Source of the DNA: Nitrosopumilus sp. | GTDB lineage: Archaea; Thermoproteota; Nitrososphaeria; Nitrososphaerales; Nitrosopumilaceae | Direction: 5' to 3' | Assembly: GCA_965197525.1 (NCBI GenBank) | Contig: OZ240211.1 | Location: 1,376,001 to 1,440,000 of the forward strand | Length of the DNA stretch: 64,000 nucleotides | Shown: positions 1 through 10,954 of the stretch, piece after piece | How the letters are laid out: each line of letters starts with the position of its first letter | Numbering within the stretch: position 1 is the first letter of the stretch | The notes under the pieces: generated by a model | The model's database searches: none | What the model was told of the DNA's origin: nothing | Seen by the model: only the letters and a program-made list of their open reading frames with translations | Made by a program: the position numbers and the translations under genes

Positions 1-310
1 TTAAATTGCATACCGTATTATGCTCACTACATCAGACACAACATGGATCCCAAAGATCGATTACATTACTATACCAAATACATACATACATGCAGGAAAT
101 AGAGGTGGATATCAAATTACTCTTGTCAGATAGTATCCCTATAACTTGTATGTCCTAACACTACTACGCGTACATGTTAGTAGAGTGTCTATATGACGAT
201 ATTCAAACCATTCTTGAAAATTGTTTTGATATATTCTTGTTAATTATTTTTAGTTTAATACTGATCTTTTTTTACATATTATATTAACTATCTATTTCAA
301 AAACAAAACC

Positions 311-973
311 ATGGCTAATCTGTCTGACAAATGGTCTCAACCTCCACCAAGACCAAGCATATCTGAGAAGATCAGCGATACAATCAAACCAAAAGGAGCT
401 TTAAAACCACGAGTGCAAGAGGGAATCAAGAGATTACGAGCACAGATAACCAAATTAGATTCAATGCTAACACACTTACAAGAACGCGACGCAAAACTAT
501 TTCAACGAATTGTAGATGCTACACAAAAGCACGACACTCATAACGCTAAAATTCTTGGAAATGAACTAGCTGAAATAAGAAAAGTCACAAAGATCTTAGG
601 TAGTGCAAGAATAGCATTGGAACAAATTGAGTTACGACTAGTTACATGCAACGATCTAGGCGATACTATAGTGACCATCATGCCAACTATGGGGTTGATG
701 AAGAGCCTAACATCCTCGCTTGGACGAGTGATGCCTGGTGCTGAACAAGAGATTGGCCAGATGGCAAGCATGCTTGGTAGTTTCATGACTGAAAGTTTCC
801 TAGGAGATTCAGAGTTTGGTGTTGATGCATCCACTAATGAAGAGTCTGAGAGTATCCTAAGGGAAGCAGCTGCTGTTGCAGAAAGTTCTACAAATGAGAT
901 GTTCCCTTCTGTTCCTACGGATCCCCAAAAAACAGGTACTGCAACCAGTAATCCTGCCTCAAAATTCATGTAA
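311..973 (+). CDS. cdvB: CdvB / ESCRT-III (Snf7-family) cell-division protein paralog
   Basis: Helical coiled-coil protein with the Snf7-like 'IALEQIELRL..DLGD' core and an acidic C-terminal 'EESESILREAAAVAE' segment typical of thaumarchaeal CdvB paralogs. Confidence 0.8.
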   Translation: MANLSDKWSQPPPRPSISEKISDTIKPKGALKPRVQEGIKRLRAQITKLDSMLTHLQERDAKLFQRIVDATQKHDTHNAKILGNELAEIRKVTKILGSARIALEQIELRLVTCNDLGDTIVTIMPTMGLMKSLTSSLGRVMPGAEQEIGQMASMLGSFMTESFLGDSEFGVDASTNEESESILREAAAVAESSTNEMFPSVPTDPQKTGTATSNPASKFM

Positions 974-1083
974 TTTTGATACTCTAGTCATATGACAAGC
1001 TTGTTATCGAAATTTTTCTATTTTATAATAAATATACAACTAATCCTGTTTGCATAAACTTCATATACATTTTCAAAACAGCA

Positions 1084-1284
1084 TTGAACATGACCTCTAA
1101 AGCTATTACAGTCGGTGTTGGTATTCCAATGATTATAGTAGGCGCCTTGATGGTATGGCTATGGGCTCCCGTAGCTGAAGATCTTCAAAACCAAGTTGAA
1201 CTTGTGGGGGGCACTATCGGGATTTTGGGAGTAGTATTCTTTGTTGCGGGATTATTTTATACAAAAGAACCCATAATGCATTGA
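1084..1284 (+). CDS. Small two-TM membrane protein
   Basis: 66-aa ORF with two hydrophobic segments. Confidence 0.6.
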   Translation: MNMTSKAITVGVGIPMIIVGALMVWLWAPVAEDLQNQVELVGGTIGILGVVFFVAGLFYTKEPIMH

Positions 1285-1326
1285 AAAGTCACTAATTAAA
1301 TAATGATAAAACGTTTGTGTTGTTAG

Positions 1327-2040
1327 TTGAAAGTCCGACTATTTGAGATATTTACATCAGTTGAAGGCGAGGGTATTCTTTATGGAACAAAGACTCTCTT
1401 TGTACGATTGGCAGGATGCCCCTTTACCTGTTTTTATTGTGACACCAAAGAGACTCTTCCGCTTGATTCAGGTACTGAATATACAATTGATGACGCCACT
1501 CGTCTGATTGACTGTAGCCTAAAAAACTATACTTACAAAGTTAATTTTACAGGAGGCGATCCGCTGATTCAACACGAAGCAGTGGCATTACTTGCAAAAC
1601 ACATTCAAGATAAAAACATCCCAACATATCTTGAATCATCATGCTTTGACATTGACCGATTTAATCACGTCTTACCATTCATTGATATTGTTAAAATTGA
1701 ATTCAAAACCAAAGATTCCGATTTTGTTGTTTCAAAACATTATGCAAAATTCATCAAACACACTATGAAATGTCTTCAATCCTCAATTGATACCAAAAAA
1801 ACCACATTTATCAAAATCGTAGTTAGCTCAAAAACCCAACTTGGAGAATTTAAAAGATTGGTAAAAGAGATATTCGATATTGCTACAAACCACAACATTG
1901 ATGGATTTGTCATTCAGCCCACATATGGTATATCTGAACCTTCATTAGATCATCTATTACGTTTGTATGATGTGGTCTATCCATATTACAGCAACGTAAA
2001 AGTAGTTCCTCAATTGCACAAACTGATTGATGCCCCATGA
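1327..2040 (+). CDS. queE: 7-carboxy-7-deazaguanine synthase (radical SAM)
   Basis: EIFTSVEGEG, FVRLAGC-x3-C-x2-CDT and TGGDP motifs; next to folE and queC. Confidence 0.9.
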   Translation: MKVRLFEIFTSVEGEGILYGTKTLFVRLAGCPFTCFYCDTKETLPLDSGTEYTIDDATRLIDCSLKNYTYKVNFTGGDPLIQHEAVALLAKHIQDKNIPTYLESSCFDIDRFNHVLPFIDIVKIEFKTKDSDFVVSKHYAKFIKHTMKCLQSSIDTKKTTFIKIVVSSKTQLGEFKRLVKEIFDIATNHNIDGFVIQPTYGISEPSLDHLLRLYDVVYPYYSNVKVVPQLHKLIDAP

Positions 2041-2108
2041 TCTGGACTAGCACTTATGTTCCCTGTTGATTAGATTCAAATACTAGAAAAACCACATGTG
2101 ACTATAAG

Positions 2109-2669
2109 ATGGATAACGAACGCGTAAAAAAACTCATTAGAGAATTAATAATCGAGGTTGGAGAGGATCCTACCCGCGAAGGGCTACGAGAGACACCTCA
2201 ACGAATTGCAGATATGTACCGTGAAATTTTTGGTGGATATGATTCTGATTCAGAGCTATCTGTGCAATTCTCAGAGGATTCTGATACAGTTATTGCTCGT
2301 GACATTCAGTTTTACTCCATGTGTGAGCACCACATGTTACCATTCTTTGGAAAAATTCACATTGCCTATTCACCAAACGGTAGAGTCTTTGGAATATCAA
2401 AACTTGTTAGACTAGTTGAGAAATATTCAAAGAGACTCCAAATTCAGGAGCGGTTGACTAAAAATATTGCAGATGAGCTGTATTCTCAAGGTGTAAAAGG
2501 CGTTGTCGTCTTAGTCGACGCAGAGCATCTTTGTATGAAGATGCGTGGTGTCAAAAATGACGCAACACTCTCGTCATCAGCATTCAGAGGAATCTATGAA
2601 AGTAAAGAAGAAAAATCAAGTATCATATCACTTGTACGAAGACGCTCATTGGACGCTGCTACCTTTTGA
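2109..2669 (+). CDS. folE: GTP cyclohydrolase I
   Basis: SMCEHHMLPF, GISKLVR, LQIQERLT and HLCMKMRG motifs. Confidence 0.95.
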   Translation: MDNERVKKLIRELIIEVGEDPTREGLRETPQRIADMYREIFGGYDSDSELSVQFSEDSDTVIARDIQFYSMCEHHMLPFFGKIHIAYSPNGRVFGISKLVRLVEKYSKRLQIQERLTKNIADELYSQGVKGVVVLVDAEHLCMKMRGVKNDATLSSSAFRGIYESKEEKSSIISLVRRRSLDAATF

Positions 2670-2714
2670 GCACAATCCTGAAAAATTAAATAATCAATAT
2701 TTTTTGATATAGCC

Positions 2715-2966
2715 ATGGGAGCAAATCCATATGTTCATATTCCAAAAGAATCTTGGCCAAGTTGGACATGGTATGCAATCGAATGCATCATTGTAATTGC
2801 AATTTCTATGGGAGTGTCAAGTCAAATCACTGACTCTATTGAAGGGCTTACACCTGAAATACAGAATTATGTGTTTATGGGAATTGTGGGTGGCTTTTTT
2901 CTGGCTTGGTATATTGGAATTAGAGGCTTTATTCTCAAAAAGAAGATTCTTAGAAACAAGTACTAA
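2715..2966 (+). CDS. Small membrane protein, hypothetical
   Basis: 83 aa with two hydrophobic helices and a basic C-terminus. Confidence 0.6.
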   Translation: MGANPYVHIPKESWPSWTWYAIECIIVIAISMGVSSQITDSIEGLTPEIQNYVFMGIVGGFFLAWYIGIRGFILKKKILRNKY

Positions 2967-2968
2967 AA

Positions 2969-3652
2969 CTATTTGAGATATTTTGTTTTATCATTCATTT
3001 CTGCGTCTTTGAATGCCCTCTTTCTATTATTACAAGATTCACATACCCCGCAATGGTATTCTTTACTAGAATAACAACTCCATGTTTTAAAGATAGAATT
3101 ACCTAAAGTCTCTAGTCCAATATGTAACAGATCACTCTTTGATAATCCTTTATAGTATGGTGACCACAGCTCTATCTTCTTTCGTAATTTTGATTTGATT
3201 CCATCTATCTCTCCTTGGTTTAGTGCAGATTCTAGTTTCTTTGCAAACGACGGTCTACAGTCAGGGTAATTCTTGTCTCCTATGTGAGCACCATACACAA
3301 CTAGTTCTGCGTCAAGCGTAAAGGCCCATGCAGTAGCTATTGACAAAAATACGGCATTTCTAATTGGGACTACAATTGAGTATTCAAACGTGCTAGGAAT
3401 CTTTCTTTTGGTACTAGTCAAGACATTAGAGTCGCCATACAGCTCTTTCATGAAACCAATATCAACTATCTTGTGTTGTTTTAATCCTATTTTTTTTGCA
3501 AAAGATTTTGCAGATTTAATCTCTCTATCTGCTTTTTGTCCATATGAGAATGTTATTCCATACAATTCGTACTTTGTTTTCAAGTACGACGCTGTACATA
3601 CAGAATCAATCCCTCCACTAAAAACAACAACCGCCTTCTTTTTCCTCATCAT
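2969..3652 (-). CDS. queC: 7-cyano-7-deazaguanine (preQ0) synthase
   Basis: SGGIDS PP-loop, VPIRN, YPDCR and C-terminal C..CGVCESC zinc site. Confidence 0.95.
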   Translation of the reverse strand: MMRKKKAVVVFSGGIDSVCTASYLKTKYELYGITFSYGQKADREIKSAKSFAKKIGLKQHKIVDIGFMKELYGDSNVLTSTKRKIPSTFEYSIVVPIRNAVFLSIATAWAFTLDAELVVYGAHIGDKNYPDCRPSFAKKLESALNQGEIDGIKSKLRKKIELWSPYYKGLSKSDLLHIGLETLGNSIFKTWSCYSSKEYHCGVCESCNNRKRAFKDAEMNDKTKYLK

Positions 3653-3664
3653 CCATATCTCTCA

Positions 3665-4585
3665 TTATATCACACATGCGCCATCACTTGGCTTGCAAAT
3701 TATTCTACGAGATTGTATATTTACTGCAGTAAATCCTCTTCTCATAGCTGAGCTAATCCGTTTCAAATTAGCAGAGCTATCTGAAAATGCAATTACTGAA
3801 GGCCCTGCTCCACTTATTGTAACACCTAATGCCCCTGCCTTGATGGCCCCTTCTTTAACTTTGGTAAATCCTGGAATCATACGTTGTCGTGCAGGCTCTA
3901 CTATTTTATCCCTTATCGAACTTCCAATCAACTGAGAATCTTTAGTCATGAATCCTACTATCATTGTAGACGCATTTGATAAATTTACAACACTATCCTC
4001 GAACTTTATCTTTTTTGGGATTAGACTCCTTGACATCTCTGTCTTCTTTTTTGGAACTTGAATTGTTGGAACTGCAATACACATTCTAAGATCTGATGGT
4101 GGTTTTATCCTTACTACATTCAAGGGATCAGTCTTTACAATTACAAAACCTCCTAGAACAGAAGCTGCAACATTATCATAGTGAACTGTACCTGCACTTG
4201 CCTGTTCTCCAATACCTGCAAATTCTACCAAAGCATTTCTACCCAGTTTTAATCCAAATAACTTGTTAAATGCCACCGCTGTTGCAGCAGCTGATGCAGC
4301 ACTACTACCCATTCCAAATCCTGGTGGCACCCCTTTCTTGATTTTAATCTCTACACCTTTTTTTATCTTAAACTCTTCTCTCATACTTTTTGCAACAAGT
4401 CCTGCTGTATTCTTTTCTGGATTTGTTGGAATCTCATCATTAGAAATAATTGTGATATCTTCTTGATCCGTTTTAGTTAATGTAATTGTATCGTAAAATG
4501 CATCAACTGCTAATCCAAATACATCAAATCCCGGACCTAAATTTGCAGTAGATGACGGTGCCCTGACTGTTATCTTTGATACCAA
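3665..4585 (-). CDS. thrB: Homoserine kinase
   Basis: PSSTANLGPGFD, GMGSSAAS (GHMP), HYDNVA and ISGAGPS motifs. Confidence 0.95.
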   Translation of the reverse strand: MVSKITVRAPSSTANLGPGFDVFGLAVDAFYDTITLTKTDQEDITIISNDEIPTNPEKNTAGLVAKSMREEFKIKKGVEIKIKKGVPPGFGMGSSAASAAATAVAFNKLFGLKLGRNALVEFAGIGEQASAGTVHYDNVAASVLGGFVIVKTDPLNVVRIKPPSDLRMCIAVPTIQVPKKKTEMSRSLIPKKIKFEDSVVNLSNASTMIVGFMTKDSQLIGSSIRDKIVEPARQRMIPGFTKVKEGAIKAGALGVTISGAGPSVIAFSDSSANLKRISSAMRRGFTAVNIQSRRIICKPSDGACVI

Positions 4586-4591
4586 CTGCTT

Positions 4592-5344
4592 CTATACCTC
4601 CTCTCCCAAGTTAAGAATCCTGCTCAGTGCACCTTCAAGATTAACAAACCCTTCTTCTGTAACATTTGATATAGGGATCAACCCCTGCGCAAATCCTCCT
4701 AGATTCAAACCTCGTAAAATGTTTGTAGTCAACGAATAACTCTCGCCATCTGCCTCTTTTGCAATAGCGTTCTCTAATGTCTTCAGACTAGTTGACCATC
4801 GCAGAATATTTTTTGTCTCTTCCCTGATGAGATCTGTCTTTGTTAGGACGTTGATAGTGGGAAGATTTAGACGCAGCCTTACTGATGTAGCCAAAAGCGC
4901 AATTGAGACAAAATTTACTGGTCTAGTAATTAACGCACCATCAAAGAGAAAGACATTTGTCTTTTCATCCGATGAGATATTTTCAACTATAAAGCTCCCA
5001 CTAGAACGGTATGCAAATAGCTCAATCTGGCCAGGAGCATCAATAATCAAGTAATCTGGATTTACTTGATTTATCTCATTTTGTATATCATCAATCTTTG
5101 ATGCAATGAGATCAGTTGCTATTACCATTGCACCGTTTGGTCCAAGCTCGTACTGCTGCATGATGGATACATAATCTACATAATCTCTGACGTCTATATC
5201 ACAAGTATAAGGAAGATTATCTACACCAGGATCCAAGTTTAGAATAGACGCAAATACTTCATTTTTTGTATAATGTTCGTACAGTTTTGATGAAAGTAAT
5301 GATTTTCCTGATCCAGCAGTTCCTGAAACAAAAATTGACTTCAA
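4592..5344 (-). CDS. GPN-loop GTPase
   Basis: GTAGSGKS P-loop, NLDPG, LGPNGA (GPN loop), DAPGQIELF. Confidence 0.9.
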   Translation of the reverse strand: MKSIFVSGTAGSGKSLLSSKLYEHYTKNEVFASILNLDPGVDNLPYTCDIDVRDYVDYVSIMQQYELGPNGAMVIATDLIASKIDDIQNEINQVNPDYLIIDAPGQIELFAYRSSGSFIVENISSDEKTNVFLFDGALITRPVNFVSIALLATSVRLRLNLPTINVLTKTDLIREETKNILRWSTSLKTLENAIAKEADGESYSLTTNILRGLNLGGFAQGLIPISNVTEEGFVNLEGALSRILNLGEEV

Positions 5345-5621
5345 TCCACCTAGCTTTTTTATCTGCTAGTATTTCAAACTAGCTTACTGCGTATCTCTGA
5401 GCATTAGATTGTGCTTGCTCTTCTTTGTTTCTTTGATTCCTCACTTGCATTCAAACTGCTTCAAATAAAGTTCTCACTTTAAGACTTGTTTTGGCATAAA
5501 ATTACATCAAATTCTCAATTTATTCATAATGCATCAAATAATACCTTTGATTGATATACTCAATTAATTTTATTGCACGCCTGATTTTGTGTATTCTTGA
5601 TAATTTTCTCAACTTTCATAT

Positions 5622-6659
5622 TTGTATGATTTGAAAAATTATCAAATGAACTGGAGATTCGTAGCTATTCCCATCACTTTAATTCCCATCTTTATCATTG
5701 CTATCCAATTCGACATTCAATTAGATGACGTGCTAGCCATTGGATTATTTCCATTTATTGGCGCAGTTGTAGCAATGATGATAAAACTCGGCCTACAAGG
5801 AGTCAAATTTGCATATATAGCAAGAAAATATCTTGGCAGCTTTGATTCCTTCTTTAAGCTTGTTGGCGTCCGTGTTGGTAGCGAATTCATTAAATTTACT
5901 ACGCCTATGTTCATTGGAGCCGAGTTTATCGTAATCTATTATTTACATAAAAAAGGAGCAAAACCAGCACAATCTACATGGATTGCAATTCTGGACATTG
6001 TAACTGAGGTGCTAGCTGCAGGCCTTCTATCGATAATGGCAGGTATTCTTGCACTACTAAATGGTGCATATGTAGTTGCAGCAGTTGTCTTGGGTACTAG
6101 CATTACTGTAACAGCTCTGTGGATGATAATGTTCTTCCTGTCATCCAAACGTACGTTCCAAGTTCCACAGATATTGGCTACTATTGGAAGAAAATTCGGA
6201 AAAGCCAAAGGAGCCAAACTCGTTGATCAGACGAATGTTTGGATGGAGGAAATGTGTACAATGAGTAGGAAAAATTTGAAAACTCCTGAATCCAAGAAGA
6301 TCTTTACAGTATCATTTTTAATCTCACTTGTATCGTGGTCATTTTATGGAATTTCATTTATGATTATTGCATTTGGAACTGGATTTGTAATTAACGCATT
6401 TGATTCTATTATGGCAGTCATGGGTGCCAATGCAATCGGAAATCTACCAATCACAATAGGCGGTTCTGGTTTAGCTGAGTTTGGAATTATTGCATACATT
6501 AACAACTTGGATCCGTTTGCCTTTGAAGTTTCAGAAGGAATACTTGCTTGGGATGCAGTTATTGGATGGCGAATTGCTACGTACTATGTTCCCATTATAA
6601 TCACATGGCTACTTTTAGTTAAACTAGCTCTGAGTAAAATTCCTAAAACCAAATCGTAA
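5622..6659 (+). CDS. UPF0104 / lysylphosphatidylglycerol-synthase-TM (flippase-like) membrane protein
   Basis: Multi-TM protein with 'TTP..GAEF', 'P.TIGGSGLAE' and 'WRIATYY' motifs. Confidence 0.75.
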   Translation: MYDLKNYQMNWRFVAIPITLIPIFIIAIQFDIQLDDVLAIGLFPFIGAVVAMMIKLGLQGVKFAYIARKYLGSFDSFFKLVGVRVGSEFIKFTTPMFIGAEFIVIYYLHKKGAKPAQSTWIAILDIVTEVLAAGLLSIMAGILALLNGAYVVAAVVLGTSITVTALWMIMFFLSSKRTFQVPQILATIGRKFGKAKGAKLVDQTNVWMEEMCTMSRKNLKTPESKKIFTVSFLISLVSWSFYGISFMIIAFGTGFVINAFDSIMAVMGANAIGNLPITIGGSGLAEFGIIAYINNLDPFAFEVSEGILAWDAVIGWRIATYYVPIIITWLLLVKLALSKIPKTKS

Positions 6660-7001
6660 TCATTCATTTTATAGAGCCAGTCTCTATATTTTTTGGTAAT
6701 TATCCCACATATTTGGCATTACAAACTGTGATAATTTTTGCACCGTGAATACAGGCTTTTCTTTACGTATAACATGTAATTTTGTTGTCCTACTATATCA
6801 CCCAGTTAATGCTCTTCTAATATAAGAGATCTGCATCATATGATGTCAGTATAATTTAGATATTCTTCACTAAATGTCCTACTTGCATCTTATCTCACTG
6901 TTTTTTCTCATTTTTACTAATGCTAGGTTGGATTCGCATTCAACCTAATCTTTTACAACTCTATAGATTTTTAATCAATTAATTTTTCTACACTATTAAT
7001 C

Positions 7002-7583
7002 ATGATTATTGTAATTGAAGGTGGAGATCAAGCAGGCAAGTTCACACAAGCAACTCTACTCTACAAGGCATTAACAAAGAACAAGATATCTGCCAAATTA
7101 TTCCATTTCCCTGATTATAAAACACCGATAGGCAAGAAGATTAAACAGTATTTAGATGGAAAACAGGCATTCCCTCCCCAAGTAATTCATTGCTTATTAT
7201 CTGCAAATAGATGGGAGAGACTTTCTGATATTTTAGCAGCTAAAAAAAATAACTCTATTCTGATCATGAATAGGTACTATCATTCAAATCTGGTTTACGG
7301 TAAAGCCAATGGTTTGGCACAGAAGTGGCTTGAGAATTTAGATGACGGCCTTCCAAAACCTGATCTCGTTATTTTACTTGATATCACACAAAAAGATTCA
7401 TTTCATAGACAAAAGACTCGTAGAGATAAATTCGAAAAAAACACAGAGTTTTCAAAAAAAATATCCAGAATCTATAAAACTATTGCAAAGAAAAACCACT
7501 GGAGCATAATTGATGCATCACAATCAAGAGAAGAGGTTCACTACGAAATTTTAAATGTACTCTCAAGAAAATTAGGCTTATGA
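7002..7583 (+). CDS. tmk: Thymidylate kinase
   Basis: IEGGDQAGK P-loop variant, NRYYHS, LPKPDLVILLD. Confidence 0.93.
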   Translation: MIIVIEGGDQAGKFTQATLLYKALTKNKISAKLFHFPDYKTPIGKKIKQYLDGKQAFPPQVIHCLLSANRWERLSDILAAKKNNSILIMNRYYHSNLVYGKANGLAQKWLENLDDGLPKPDLVILLDITQKDSFHRQKTRRDKFEKNTEFSKKISRIYKTIAKKNHWSIIDASQSREEVHYEILNVLSRKLGL

Positions 7584-8815
7584 AAAAAAAGTATTTGAAC
7601 ATTATTGATCCTATTCATGATTTTATTCAGATCTATGACCACGAATTACCGATAATTAATCACTCTGTCTTTCAACGACTGCGGCGTATACGACAACTCA
7701 GTAGCGCTCATCTAATATATCCCGGAGCTCATCATACAAGATTTGAACATTCGCTGGGTGTTATGCATATTGCAGGCCAAGTAGGTCACATACTACATGA
7801 CAAAGAGATCTTTAAACTAGATGACATCAAAATGCTTCGTCTAGCTGGCCTCTTACATGATGTTGGCCATGGACCGTTCTCTCACATATTCGAGGAGATA
7901 ACTTTGAAAAATAAAATCTCACATGAAGATATTACCAAAGAAATTATCTTAAAATCTGAAATTGGGGATATTCTATCAAAAAACGGATTCGACAAAAAAT
8001 TTATTGCTAAATTATCCGTAGGAGAATCAAAACACCAGTACCTAAATGAAATCATTTCAGGTGTTCTAAGTGCTGATATGATGGATTATCTCAAACGTGA
8101 TGGATATTTTACAGGCGCAGAACATGCCAAAATTGATCATAAAAGAATTATCCAATCACTTGTTGTCTACAAAAAGAGACTAGCATTGGAGCGTTCAGCA
8201 TTATCTTCTTTTGAATCCATGATGTATTCCAGATATCAGATGTTCAAGACAGTATATTTTCATAAAAGTGTGCGAGCCACAGAAGTCATGCTAATTGAAG
8301 CACTAAAGTCATCAAACGACGTGTTTAATTTTTCATCTTTTAATCTTGATGAATTTCTTAAACTTACTGATGAGTATGTCTTGTCTGCTATCTTGTTATC
8401 GAAATCTCCAAAAATAAAACACGCCCAACAATTTGTAAATTATTATCATGATAGAAAATTGCTAAAATGTGTATTTGAAAAAACCTTTACTAGGCATAGC
8501 AATCTCTCGGCAACTCCGACTGACCAACTACGTACAGAACTCTCTAAACGTTCAAAGATAGATGAATCTGAAATTTTTATAGATAACTCTATCACTTCAT
8601 CCATTCCTTTAGCACCCTCTAAAAATGAATCAAAAAGTATAGTTCTGGTCAATAATAAAGATGGCAAATTATCAGCAACTGAGATGGAAATATCTAGAAT
8701 ATCACTCATCTCCTCAATGTCTGGATTTATGAACATACTACGTGTATTTACTTTTGAAAAACACAAGAAAAAAGTTGAAATTGCAGCAAAATCACTGTTT
8801 GGTGAATCAAGATGA
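7580..8815 (+). CDS. HD-domain phosphohydrolase (SAMHD1/dNTPase-like)
   Basis: [44 protein letters not shown]. Confidence 0.88.
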   Translation: MKKKYLNIIDPIHDFIQIYDHELPIINHSVFQRLRRIRQLSSAHLIYPGAHHTRFEHSLGVMHIAGQVGHILHDKEIFKLDDIKMLRLAGLLHDVGHGPFSHIFEEITLKNKISHEDITKEIILKSEIGDILSKNGFDKKFIAKLSVGESKHQYLNEIISGVLSADMMDYLKRDGYFTGAEHAKIDHKRIIQSLVVYKKRLALERSALSSFESMMYSRYQMFKTVYFHKSVRATEVMLIEALKSSNDVFNFSSFNLDEFLKLTDEYVLSAILLSKSPKIKHAQQFVNYYHDRKLLKCVFEKTFTRHSNLSATPTDQLRTELSKRSKIDESEIFIDNSITSSIPLAPSKNESKSIVLVNNKDGKLSATEMEISRISLISSMSGFMNILRVFTFEKHKKKVEIAAKSLFGESR

Positions 8816-9495
8816 AAAAACTAGTTGTCATTAAATTATCCGGAAGGGTTTTTGGAATAGATAACATCAAAATTCTAAAAGACTATGCAAAATTTCTAAT
8901 AAAAATCAGCAAGATATGTCAACCGATTATCGTTGCAGGTGGTGGCACCATCGCACGACATTACATATCTCATGCAAGATCTTCTGGTGCTGATGAGTCG
9001 ACTCTTGACGAATTGGGAATAGAAATTTCCAGACTTAATGCCAAATTATTGATTTATGCATTGAAGAGTAAGTCTTATTCCCATCCACCCACCACTCTGC
9101 AAGAAGTTAGACACGCAGTTGATGATGGATTAATTGTAGTAGTAGGAGGTTTATACCCTGGTCAAAGTACCAATGGTACTGCCGCACTAATTGCAGAAAA
9201 AATACAAGCCGAACAATTTTTGAATGCAACTGATGTAGATGGCGTGTATGATAGGGATCCTAACAAATTCAAAAAAGCAAAAAAATTCAAACATATCAAC
9301 CTGAAGAATTTAAAAAACATGTTAGTCAAAGAAGATTCCATTGCAGGCGGTTATGATCTGATGGATATTGTTGCTCTCAAAGTCATAGAACGCTCTAAAA
9401 TTAATACAAGAATCTTAAAATCTGATCCAAAGATAATTGAGAGAGCAATCAAAGGTGAGAATGTAGGGACTGAGATAACTTTCTCTACCAAATAA
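8812..9495 (+). CDS. pyrH: Uridylate kinase (archaeal type)
   Basis: [30 protein letters not shown]. Confidence 0.95.
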   Translation: MKKLVVIKLSGRVFGIDNIKILKDYAKFLIKISKICQPIIVAGGGTIARHYISHARSSGADESTLDELGIEISRLNAKLLIYALKSKSYSHPPTTLQEVRHAVDDGLIVVVGGLYPGQSTNGTAALIAEKIQAEQFLNATDVDGVYDRDPNKFKKAKKFKHINLKNLKNMLVKEDSIAGGYDLMDIVALKVIERSKINTRILKSDPKIIERAIKGENVGTEITFSTK

Positions 9496-9500
9496 TTCTA

Positions 9501-9869
9501 CTAGGCGTCATTTTGAATTGTAGGCCTAGTCTCAGACCAAATCTGGATACTCTTTTCTTTATATTCTGACATACCGGAATCTCTTAATTTTTTATAGATT
9601 GATAACGCTTCTTCTTTTGAAACTGCCTTTGACTGTGCTTTTGTAAAGCCGTCGTTATCTACAATTACTGCTACATATCCATCAGGTGAATTAATTACGG
9701 CAGTGTACTCTTCTATACCAACAGGATGGAATTTTCCATCAATCTTTTTAGTTGTCAGAGTTAGCATACTAAATCCAGCAACTTCAAACATCTTCATCTG
9801 TGATTTGCTTGCTCTCTGTTTTCCTTGTTGCATTGCCTGAAAGTACTGCATACTCAGTTTATTTGGCAA
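9501..9869 (-). CDS. Hypothetical protein
   Basis: 122-aa ORF with plausible composition, convergent with pyrH. Confidence 0.65.
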   Translation of the reverse strand: MPNKLSMQYFQAMQQGKQRASKSQMKMFEVAGFSMLTLTTKKIDGKFHPVGIEEYTAVINSPDGYVAVIVDNDGFTKAQSKAVSKEEALSIYKKLRDSGMSEYKEKSIQIWSETRPTIQNDA

Positions 9870-9893
9870 TGATATAATAACTATCTTAACATT

Positions 9894-10101
9894 GGTTCTG
9901 TCGGGTTATCGAGATCTAATGTATTAACTCAAAAATTGGTGTTCTTTTTTTCCAAGTTAACGAGTCAAATCTCGTATTGTTGACTGACATATCGACTATT
10001 TGGATTACCGGTCTGCACGGTTCCAACATTGCATTCTCAAAAGTGAACGACTACGCTTCATTTATGCCACCTTTTTTAGCTCTCGATAACCCGACAGAAC
10101 C
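9894..10101. mobile_element. 208-bp MITE, IS1595-type ends
   Basis: Perfect 21-bp TIR GGTTCTGTCGGGTTATCGAGA (9894-9914 / 10081-10101) flanked by 8-bp direct repeat TTAACATT (9886-9893 / 10102-10109). Confidence 0.9.
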
Positions 10102-10136
10102 TTAACATTTAAGATATCAAAAAGAGATGTAAATTC

Positions 10137-10700
10137 ATGAATCCTAAAATCTTTGTTGGTATCGCAGTTGCTGCACTTGCTATAATTTTAGGAGGAATTC
10201 TTTTAGTGGGACCAACTCTTGTCATCTCTTCTGATAGCAACGATGCTACTGGCACTACTACTCCTGGTTTCTCAGAGCCTAAACCCATCCAAGTTGAATT
10301 GGATGATATAGTTATATCAAAGGTTTCAGAGCGTTCAGCAACAATTGATTTAGCATTTATTGTCTCTAATCCTAACCCTCGCTCTATTATTGTTCAGACT
10401 ATGGATTATCAACTATACGAGACTGGATACTCTAACGTTGAACAAATAACTGGCGGTGAGATTGGCAGTAGACCTACAGGAATGGTAGAATTTGGTTCAA
10501 ATTTTTATACTCTTCTTGGAGAAAATTCTATTACACTGCGTGACTCTGTTACCTTGAAAAATACTGGTAACACGCCTGAACTCTGGGCATCTTTACAAGA
10601 CAATACTGCAAATTGGCGCATTACAGGTGACATATTCTATAATCTAAGTTCGATGACTAGTGGTCAAGAAAACGAGCTTCACTTTGAATTTACAAAATAA
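10137..10700 (+). CDS. Membrane-anchored LEA_2/WHy-like beta-sandwich protein
   Basis: N-terminal TM followed by the 'LAFIVSNPNP..IIVQTMDYQLY' pattern. Confidence 0.6.
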   Translation: MNPKIFVGIAVAALAIILGGILLVGPTLVISSDSNDATGTTTPGFSEPKPIQVELDDIVISKVSERSATIDLAFIVSNPNPRSIIVQTMDYQLYETGYSNVEQITGGEIGSRPTGMVEFGSNFYTLLGENSITLRDSVTLKNTGNTPELWASLQDNTANWRITGDIFYNLSSMTSGQENELHFEFTK

Positions 10701-10798
10701 GTTAAACGATATCATAAAATTCAATTATTATGATAATTTGTTTTTAGAAAAAAAATATTGACAAAGTTATAAAAGCCTGTTTTGTAACTTTTTATTAA

Positions 10799-10909
10799 AT
10801 GGCAGAAGCAGGTTTAGCCGCATATGGCTCAGCAGTAGGAGTGGCAATTGCACTAGCAGTAGTGTGTTTCGCTCTTCGTGGTAAGGGACATCCTGAACCA
10901 CTAGATTAA
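10799..10909 (+). CDS. 36-aa single-TM small protein (not in ORF track)
   Basis: MAEAGLAAYGSAVGVAIALAVVCFALRGKGHPEPLD*; TTATAAAA box at 10768-10775, about 25 nt upstream of the ATG. Confidence 0.6.
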   Translation: MAEAGLAAYGSAVGVAIALAVVCFALRGKGHPEPLD

Positions 10910-10954
10910 ACAATAAGGATTTATTTTTCCTTTTAATATTTTTAGATTTTCCTA

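Noticed and set aside
1327-3652. queE-folE-queC as a DNA 7-deazaguanine modification (dpd) system
   Set aside because: No dpdA/tgt-like or other dpd genes are adjacent; preQ0 supply for tRNA archaeosine is the ordinary explanation.
6834-6845. 12-bp palindrome CATCATATGATG in the gap upstream of tmk
   Set aside because: Single occurrence with no associated regulator or repeat; could be chance.
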